Shown here one piece after another: positions 12,070 to 20,000 of a stretch of DNA of 20,000 bases. Position 1 is the first letter of the stretch. The number at the start of each line of letters is the position of its first letter. The DNA is from Coniocarpon cinnabarinum (taxonomy: Eukaryota), in assembly GCA_051942205.1 (NCBI GenBank), contig JAVECO010000019.1, positions 172,958 to 192,957 on the forward strand, written 5' to 3'. Position numbers and translations under genes: made by a program. The notes beneath the pieces are model-generated. The model was not told the origin of the DNA. It made no database searches and saw nothing but the letters and a program-made list of their open reading frames with translations.

Positions 12070-13089
12070 GATAGTGTGGAATGAGTGAAAGGGAGGACGG
12101 GAGGAACAGTTGCAACGAGGGACAAAGAAGTAGAGCTCTACCGTCCACAGACGACGCTGCCAGATTTGTGGACTTGAGGATGCTTGAGAGGCCTGCGCGA
12201 GATAGCTGCTTCAGAATCTCAGCAATTGGGCTTTGGTACTCACTCGTGATATATCAATTTCGCGCTGAGCTGTTGCCTCCAATGTAACGCTCCCAAAGCG
12301 TCGAGCGGAGGATACGGCTGGCTGAGATAGTGCGACCAACTTCAAACCACCACAAGGTCGTGTCATGAACCACCGCTGAGATAGTCCCTGCAGTGAGCAC
12401 GACCCTGAAAGCGGCTCGGTCCGTCAAACGTGGCTGACAGTTTGATAGACTGCTGGACGGCTCGGTGCTTTAGTTTCGGACTAAACATTAAACGAATTTT
12501 GACCTGGGCCTGTCGCGGTCATTAGTGGACAATGACCGACAAAACTCTTCAGAAACGCCGCGGAACTTAGATATGATATACATCGTGATGGTTGTGTGAT
12601 CTGAGGGATTATTACCCTGAAGTATGCTGAGGGTTTCGCACAGCAGAAGGCACCGCCAGAGGTCGAAGCGCAAATCAAAGGGCACGTGGAGAGGTGCTAC
12701 TTTGGGCCGATGATTGAGGTGAGAACACGAGGTCTTGGAATATTTTGAAGGACCAATCTGCCGAGCTTCCACCGTGTTACAGATCTGCATGAATAACAAT
12801 CCCCAAAGGTTAGCGGTATAACCAGTGGACCGCCGCATTCGGTCCGTGTTTTCAATTTCACCCAAGACGCAGGCACCTCCGAGACCGAAACAAGTTGGCA
12901 CGTCCGTAGCCTCGGCAGCAGCGGCAAACAGTACAATATACACACCGAGCGAATGCCAAATTCGGCGTTTTGGGACAACCGAGCCGTGTCTTCTGTTCAA
13001 TTTTGCCGAAGCATCTAAACATAAGGAAGCAAGTCTAACCACGCCGATCTGCCAAAATCTCAGTCATACTCAGCTTACCAATACTCACA
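12070..13089. promoter_or_regulatory. Divergent promoter region between PKS and cupin, with repeated CGG motifs and GATA sites
   Basis: Lies between head-to-head ATGs (12069 minus, 13090 plus). Contains CGGCTCGGT x3, CGGTCCGT x2, the inverted repeat CGGTCATT-N7-AATGACCG, GCTGAGATAGT x2, and the palindrome TGATATATCA near 12247-12256. Confidence 0.7.
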
Positions 13090-13741
13090 ATGTCAGAGGA
13101 GAAACCCGGCCCGCCACCCGGCTACGGCCCTATTACGTCGTTCCCAGCAGAGGGCTTGAAAAACTCATTTCGCCACATCGTTGGGCATAACAAAGAGGGC
13201 AAAGCATACTTCAAGCAATCGGACCACGGCGACCACCACAGTGACATGGTGAATGGCGGCGCTTTTCAAAACATCATTTACAGCTTCCAGTCACCTCTAG
13301 GGAAGGTTGATCTGAACGAAGACAAGGATGTCAAATATGCCACGGAAAACTGTGTATGTGATCGCACTCCATCAAAATCTGTTCTCGGTGCTGATGAATG
13401 AGGGGCACTAGCCTCCACTCTTTGTTCCCCAGGGCTGTGTTGTGAGGATGATCGATTTCTCCCCAGGCGCCGAGTCAAATATGCATCGAGCAGTGGCACT
13501 TGGGTTCGGGACTGTTTGCGAGGGCGTCGTTGAGCTGAGCCTTGACAGCGGCGAGAAAAGAGTCATGAGACCCGGCGACGTTTCCATCAACAGGGCAGGT
13601 AATCACAAGTGGCGCAACACATCGACGACAGAACCAGCACGTATGCTGTACTTCATGTTCGATGTCGAGCCAGTTATGGTGAATGGCAAACAGTTGGAAT
13701 TCGAAATGGGTTATCTCGCCGACGAGTATCCACAGAACTGA
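13090..13741 (+). CDS. Cupin-domain protein, FogC/VirC/SrdD-like, ~197 aa
   Basis: Exons 13090-13353 and 13412-13741. The intron GTATGT...CTAG (13354-13411) joins ...ATENC to PPLFVPQGCVVRMIDFSPG in frame. Fungal cupin motifs: RHIVGHNKEGKA, RMIDFSPG, MHRAVALGFGTVCEG, LDSGEKRVMRPGDVSINRAGNHKWRN, ARMLYF. Confidence 0.9.
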
Positions 13742-14324
13742 GATCAACAGACGACGGTGTGAGCAGCCTTCGGATGATTGGCATTTGTTTCATGGGTTCC
13801 TGCACGGAAGATTGTGGAGTTAGTATATGAGCATTGGGCAAAGAAGAGTAGTTCGGTGGTTTTCGTTCTTAGCCTCCACAAGGTCCGGGTCTTGATGCCA
13901 CCATCGGTCTGCGAGTGCGGCAAAAGCCCGGCGTATAGCTACATACAATCATGCAAGCTCAAGCACAGGCGAATACAATTACCGATGCGATACACCAACG
14001 GAAGAGCGATGCGAGTCTGCTGCTACCCGGTACCGAGTACTTGCCAGGATGCTGGCCCTGGTCCTCGTAGTTCATAGTGAATGCATGAGCTCGATCAATC
14101 GGCGCAGCAGAAATTGGAGTCCAGAACACACGGCAATGCGACACCCTATGTAGAAATGGCTGTCTTGTCAATAATGAAAGGTGAAAAAGGGCAAGGTAGC
14201 TGAGCTGTGGATGAGAAATTACATGGAGACGGTAGACCATATTAACATTCCAAATATGGAAATGCGGTCGATGTCCGAAAAGCCACGTGATCATGCTTCT
14301 GATCGACGCCAGCAAACTTTCCTG

Positions 14325-15310
14325 TCAATGCCCACCAGTGGCTGTGATGCCGCCATCCACTGCGAGCGAAGTGCCTGTCAGGTAACTTGACGATGGTCCA
14401 GAGAGGAAGACTACGAGCTCGGCCACCTCATCCACTGTAGCCATCCTCCCGAGCGGCACGACTCTTTCGATCATCCCCTGCAAGCCTGGATCTCCAGCCA
14501 TCGCTCTTGATATCATGGGCGTGTCGACCCAAGAAGGGCACACAGTATTCACTCGAATGCCGTGTTTGGCGTTATCAGCCGCTGTGTCCTAAGTTAGCCG
14601 AGTTCAGACGCGCCGATACATTGACACACGCCCTTACCCGCAGTCTTAGTCACACCCAAAACCGCGTGCTTTGCGCTAACATATTGAACGAGAGATTCAG
14701 CAGCAACGAACGAGAAGGCCGAGCCTAGGTTGATGATAGAGCCTCGGCCAACGTCTCGACTCGCAAATCCCAATGTGGATGCGACTGTCGATCTCTTCTG
14801 CAATCTCATCGCGCGAGAGACATGTTTCGTGCACAGGAAAGTACCCTTCACGTTCACGTCAAAGAAGCGTGTGAACTCAGACACTGATGCTTGATCAATT
14901 GCGCCTGGCTTCTCAACACCAACCTGTCTTTGTCAATTAATGCTCTTTACTATGCAGCAAGGTCTCTCAAGAAGCTTACACCGGCGCAGTGCACACTGGC
15001 ATCGATACGACCAAAGCGCCTCATAGTCTCATCGACCATGCCCTCAACGCTCTCTTCGCTCGAAACATCGGTCTTGATTACTGTGGTCTCGTAGTCAGGA
15101 CTGGAGGCGTACTGCTTGCTTAGCTCTGCAGTTGCTTGCGCGTTCGTCTCGTTGATGTCTGCGATGACTAGGCCTCCGAATCCTGCCTGGGCTAATGCAA
15201 ACGCACACCCGCGTCCAATTCCATCACCTTTTGGACGGATCAGTAAACAAGTAACGCACTGAACGAGTCCATTTACCTCCACCAGTAATCAATCCAATGC
15301 GCTTGGTCAT
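14325..15310 (-). CDS. Classical short-chain dehydrogenase/reductase (SDR), ~274 aa
   Basis: Exons 15310-15277, 15227-14980, 14923-14638 and 14581-14325 total 825 nt in frame with GT-AG introns. Motifs: Rossmann LITGGGDGIG, TDVS, FGRIDASVHCAG, SIINLGS, catalytic YVSAK, IRVNTVCPSWVDTPM, C-terminal YLTGTSLAVDGG. Confidence 0.93.
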
Positions 15311-15911
15311 GGTGTCCTAGTCACACTGCTGTCACTCGCTATGACACCTCGCGACCCTTCAAACGGCTTCCGTACATTTGATGTCCGTTGTCATTTTACC
15401 ACCATTGAGCCTCAACAAGTGCTGTTCACCTGGATTCGAGGTCGGAAACTGGGGAATGATGGCTACACGGCATAAATGGCCGATGCTCTCACTCGGGGCG
15501 GCAACAATGACCGGGACCTCCGAAAATCACCTTACCTACGCGCGCCTTGCTCAGAAGCGGTCCGTGGACATTTTACTCACAGTTAAATCATCCGTCTCCG
15601 GCGCGCAAAATACCGACGGCATTGAGTGACTCGCATGGCTTCTGCTTTATTGTATCCTGTGGTTACCAAGTGGAACAGGCCTGTCCCCACCACCATGGCT
15701 CTCCCATGCCCTATGAGCTACCCTTATCATTTTGGTCTCTGCGTTGATAGCTGCAGATTAATCCCTTCGCGTCTCTCTCGTTTGGCGCAACGGGCTCTGA
15801 ATCGTTCGCAGCGAACAGATCGTGTAGAGTTGAAGCCTCGTAAAATTTGCGCCGCGACCCACGAAGCAAGCACTTACAGTAGAGCCTCTCTTGACAGAGA
15901 AACACAGCGCG
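15311..15911. promoter_or_regulatory. Divergent promoter region between the two SDR genes
   Basis: Lies between head-to-head ATGs (15310 minus, 15912 plus). Shares CGGTCCGTG (15558-15566) and ACAATGACCG (15504-15513) with the PKS/cupin promoter. Confidence 0.65.
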
Positions 15912-17123
15912 ATGAACAAATATGCAGTAGTCACTGGGTGAGCCTCAACGGTAGCCAAATCGACATTTCGTGGCCTGAACTCACATCATTATAGCTGCGG
16001 CGAGGGAGGCATAGGCCACAATCTTACACTGAACTTGCTTAAACAGGGTCAGTCGTCTCAATGCCAGTACTCAGCTAGAGCTAATCGTTCAGGCATTACC
16101 GTTATCGCGACACTACTCCCATTCGAGAAACACGACCACCTCACAAACGTTTCTGGAGTCCATGTGGTGGATCTTGATGTGACTTCAGATGAACAAGTTC
16201 AACAATTTACCTCAACTATCGACAAGATATGCAACGGGCGTCTCGACTTCTTATTCAACAACGCGTAGGCCTATCTCATATCACCGTGACCCCTCCACGA
16301 GCAGGAAAGCGCTGACAATCCACAGCGGAATCATCTACACAATGCCTGCAGCTGACAGTGACGTAAAGCAAGTCGAGAAGATGTTTGCCGTGAACGTTTT
16401 TGGGCCTATGAGAATGGTTCATCATTTGCACAAATACATCGTTCGAGCCAGGGGCACCATCGTTAACACTGGATCTATCGGGGGTGTCTGTCCATTCGTT
16501 TACGGGGCAGCTTACAACGCGTCAAAGGCTGCCTTGCACCACTGGGGCAACACGCTTCGCATAGAAATGAAACCATTTGGGTACGTCAGAGATGAAAAGG
16601 CGTCAGGGTAGTGATTTGACATGTCGCAGTGTCCGTGTCGTCAATATAATATCTGGCGAGATCAGTACAAACATTCTGAAGCAAGACTTCAATCGAGCTT
16701 TGCCGTCAGGTGAGAAAGTGGATCGCAACGTCTACACCGTGGGGTTTCTAATGCGTCCAGACTCCGTTTTCAAGCCGATTGAAGATCAGTTCAAAGCGCA
16801 CGTCACGCGCACGCCGCCAGGTATGTTGCGTAACAGATCGAATCTTCAATCGTATATCAACTGACCCCGGCGATCAGGACGTACGAGTCCTGCAGTGTAT
16901 GCTGCGTCAGTAGTAGGCGAGGTGACCAAACCCAGTCCGACAGCTTGGTTCTGGACCGGCAACCATGCCTTCCTGATGCGGGTCATTGACGCAGTGATGC
17001 CGAAAACATTTTTCGTGAGCAAACACCCTCTGATCGTAGCTTCCATGCATAGTGTAGCTAATAGCAGCATAGGACTGGTGGTTCACGTCAATGTTTGGAC
17101 TTGGCAAGTTGAAGGAGAGCTAA
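15912..17123 (+). CDS. Short-chain dehydrogenase/reductase of the Ayr1-like type, 8 exons, ~277 aa
   Basis: Exons 15912-15937, 15995-16047, 16093-16264, 16326-16580, 16630-16709, 16761-16820, 16878-17014 and 17073-17123 total 834 nt in frame with seven GT-AG introns. Motifs: VVTGCGEGGIG, LDVTS, GRLDFLFNNAG, VNVFGPMRM, IVNTGS, catalytic YNASK, LRIEMKPFGVRV. Ends DWWFTSMFGLGKLKES*. Confidence 0.92.
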
Positions 17124-17376
17124 GCTATGATTTCAGCTTTGATGGTTCAGGTTACGACTTAGAGCTAGGAGACGCTGGTTAAAGGGTACTCTGAACAATG
17201 AGGTCAGAAGCCCTCAAGCTATCACTGTCCAAGCCTCGTTGACATCGACGCCGAGGCTCTCTTCAAGCGACACACTTCCTTCCAGCTTCGTGCATGCAGG
17301 TTCTCGCTGGATGCTATGCCCGTGATCTGATGCTGCCATTCTATCCTAAAATTGAGTTCGTTCACAATCAATCACG

Positions 17377-17511
17377 ATGCCTGAGCCCACAAGCACTTTG
17401 AGGGCCCATGGTCCAGGGTTGGGTTGCATGAGTCTTGGTAGAAACGTACTACATACAGCTTACAGTCAGATCACACGAGTAATTGCGTATCTCTTATATT
17501 TTGTCAGATAA
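17377..17511 (+). pseudogene. Possible remnant of an aldo-keto reductase N-terminus
   Basis: The ATG is in a good context (CAATCACGATG) and gives MPEPTSTLRAHGPGLGCMSLG, resembling the AKR start (xPTRxLGxxGP...GxGCMSL). I could not build a sensible spliced continuation. Confidence 0.25.
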
Positions 17512-20000
17512 ATGTTCCCAAAACAGAGAATGTTCGGGGAGTCCGCAAATTTTGTGGTAATAGCATCATGCTCACGCCGGTGCATTTGCGCCACGATTTG
17601 TAGTACCGCACCTTTGTCAAACATCTGGCAGGGTCAGGATTCTTCCAGCCAGGTCCGTGCTAAATACGCTCGGCAAATCGCACACATTAATGGAGATTGA
17701 TCAAATGATACCCTCGAAACTAATTTGCATATGGTGAACTGTCTCTATCTACGCTCAGGCGGCATGACTCAGTTCAACACATGTTCAAAATCTTTCAGAA
17801 CAGGATTGTCCACGCTCGAATGCCTTGGAGTCGATCAACGCCAAGCTCCAGGTCGGCCCTGTCGCAGCAAGTATCCATGAGCTTGTTCCGTGACCGACCT
17901 CTCCTATGACACCGGGAAGCGTGCAGGTCAAGTCATCGCAAACGCCTCATGGGAAAGTACTTGCCGGACCATCAGTCAGTATCTCGGGGAGCCCAGGGGA
18001 CTTTGGCCTCTGTACCCATGGCTCTGTGATCCGAATTCCCCTTGCTGTACAGGCTCGCAACCTAGACTGAAGTCAGGCACCAAAGTGTGTCCTTAACCCT
18101 TGACTATCTAGGTGTTGAGATTCATTGGTGATGAGCAGCAACGCTAGCTTCTTAGCGCTTTGACAAGAGGATGGATCTAAGATAACGGCTATGACGATGT
18201 GAAAGCCTGTCAAACACTACTGCCAGATCTACGATAGCTGAGAAGTGCCAAGAGTCTGTTTGCTGACAAGCGAGCATTGATATTACACTTTGCACGAAAT
18301 GAACCCGGAAGGAGACGAAGCGAGCTGCCAGCGTTGGCCCGCAAGCCTCTCTCGGTATTATTTTAGCGAGAATCCCTTGAGCAATGGCCCGGGCCAATTT
18401 TGAAGTTGGTACCCTCTTGGATCTTATTCACATACTCACTCAAGATGACACAGCTTGGTTGGCCAATGCCGGCGCCAATTTGCGGGCTTGTGAGCTCGAC
18501 CGAGCTTTGTTGCAAACCGATTCATGCTCCAGCAATATGTCTACAAGCTGGATGAGACGAGCTAAGTAAGCCGTATCGGCAGGAGTGTTTGCTTGCTCCA
18601 ACATGAGATAAACAGCTGAAGCCGTTTGCGAGTCAGTCAGTGGGAGCATCAATCTTGTTGCATGGGATAGGCGCACTACCCTAGCCGAGGTTCGACAGAT
18701 TGATCAGACGTGCGGCTTAGAGAAAGAGGGTTTGGGTGTCTGATAAACCGCGTGTTTTGACGCCACCTGCAAGGAAATGAGGTAACCTCAGCAACAATGA
18801 TGCAGCACCATGCCGCGAAGTCAGTCCGAGCAATCCTCCGTCTTGACTGTGTTGACCGCAACATTTTGGCAGCGACACCGGGAGCTTCAAAAGCGGATGA
18901 GTTTACCTTTTCCTATATTTTGGCCGGAAACGGAAGGCCTCGGATGAAGCCCCAGATACTTTTCACACCCATGCTAAGCCATTGCATGCAAACAAGGCAA
19001 AAATGTCCAGTCTCACGCATCCTGCTCTAGGTGCCTTTACAGCGTCGCTAAGATTGCACCGGTCGCTATTGTGCAAGCACGATGTCTTGCTGTGTGGTGC
19101 TATAGATGAGCATGAAGACTGTGAGGGTACCTCAAAAACACGCGAGCTTCAAGACGACTTGGCGCCCCATGTGAGTATCTGCACCCGGAGGGCGAGTAAT
19201 AAGCAGGAAAGTTCCCATCCATGTTGACAATCAGGGTCCATACCATTGCGGACGAAAGCGCGGTCCGGCTCGAGTCAACTCACTGCAAACGACCATCTGC
19301 TCTTACCGCCTCGGACGCTAACCAGAACCAGCCACGACAGATACCTGACGATGAGAGCTGAGTCGTACCCACGCCTCTCATTTCCCAGCACGACGACTTC
19401 GCAAACCCGCAAATGGCTGGGCATGCGAGCTGGGTTGACTCGATGGCACAACCAAAGATTCAAGCTCTCAGCGACAACAAGCATGCCACCCGATGCCATT
19501 GTTGCAATCCTGTGCGCCTGGATAGTACAGATGAGATGACGAAGGCGGTCTTTATTTGAGAGACGACTCATCACACTGCACTAACGGAGAAATCACCCTT
19601 CAGCCATGTTCCTCGCAGGAAGCTCTTGTTGAAGAAGGTACTCGAAGCAGCAAGCGGTGCGGCAAGTCACAGGACGGGAACTTTGTCTCACTTCAGCCCA
19701 GGAGGGTCCGGGGCGCCGCATCACGTCCACACTCAGTTCGACATCAGAGGCAGCATATGCGAGGTGTCTTGTTAGGACCGCAGGAACCAGTCAGAGGGAC
19801 AGCCGAGGGAGTGCGCTCCATGCCCTCAAGGACACACGCCCTCGACGAGTCCACGTTTCTGACATGCGGGGCGATGGGCGCTGGCACGCGAGCGGGGCCA
19901 CATTGGACAATATGGCCGTCCGGCAGCGCCCAAATACGCCTCGCATGCGCAGATCCGCTATACCGCCCAAGCATGCATGCCCTGGTCGCTGCATCTGGGG

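Noticed and set aside
12488..13190. 184-aa minus and 121-aa plus ORFs between PKS and cupin
   Set aside because: No domain motifs (checked by eye for EthD-like or regulator features), and they overlap a motif-rich divergent promoter.
13778..14390. ORFs between the cupin and the first SDR
   Set aside because: Convergent 3' UTR/terminator region with no protein-like features.
18152..19994. Several 60-99 aa ORFs considered as exons of a Zn2Cys6 regulator or a transposon relic
   Set aside because: No CxxCx6C motif, no transposase or RT motifs, no terminal repeats or RIP-like AT richness, and no consistent splice model.

Overview
Eukaryotic DNA from a filamentous ascomycete, judged from short GT-AG introns with CTRAY-type branch sites. 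The core is a four-gene secondary-metabolite cassette arranged as two divergent pairs. The first pair is a highly reducing iterative type I PKS (12069..4778, minus, ~2356 aa; KS-AT-DH-pseudoMT-ER-KR-ACP, no release domain) opposite a cupin (13090..13741). The second pair is two short-chain dehydrogenases (15310..14325 minus; 15912..17123 plus). HR-PKS + cupin + 2 SDRs is the signature of fungal alkyl-salicylaldehyde/salicyl-alcohol pathways (vir, fog and srd clusters). No tailoring, transporter or regulator gene is visible in the window. On the left is a secreted S41-family peptidase gene whose frame is broken near 2320-2440. On the right is ~2.9 kb with no convincing gene, starting with a possible aldo-keto-reductase remnant. 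The two divergent promoters share repeated CGG-containing motifs, and the last PKS exon shows an abrupt rise in GC3. All gene models were spliced by hand and family assignments come from motif recognition; no database search was run.
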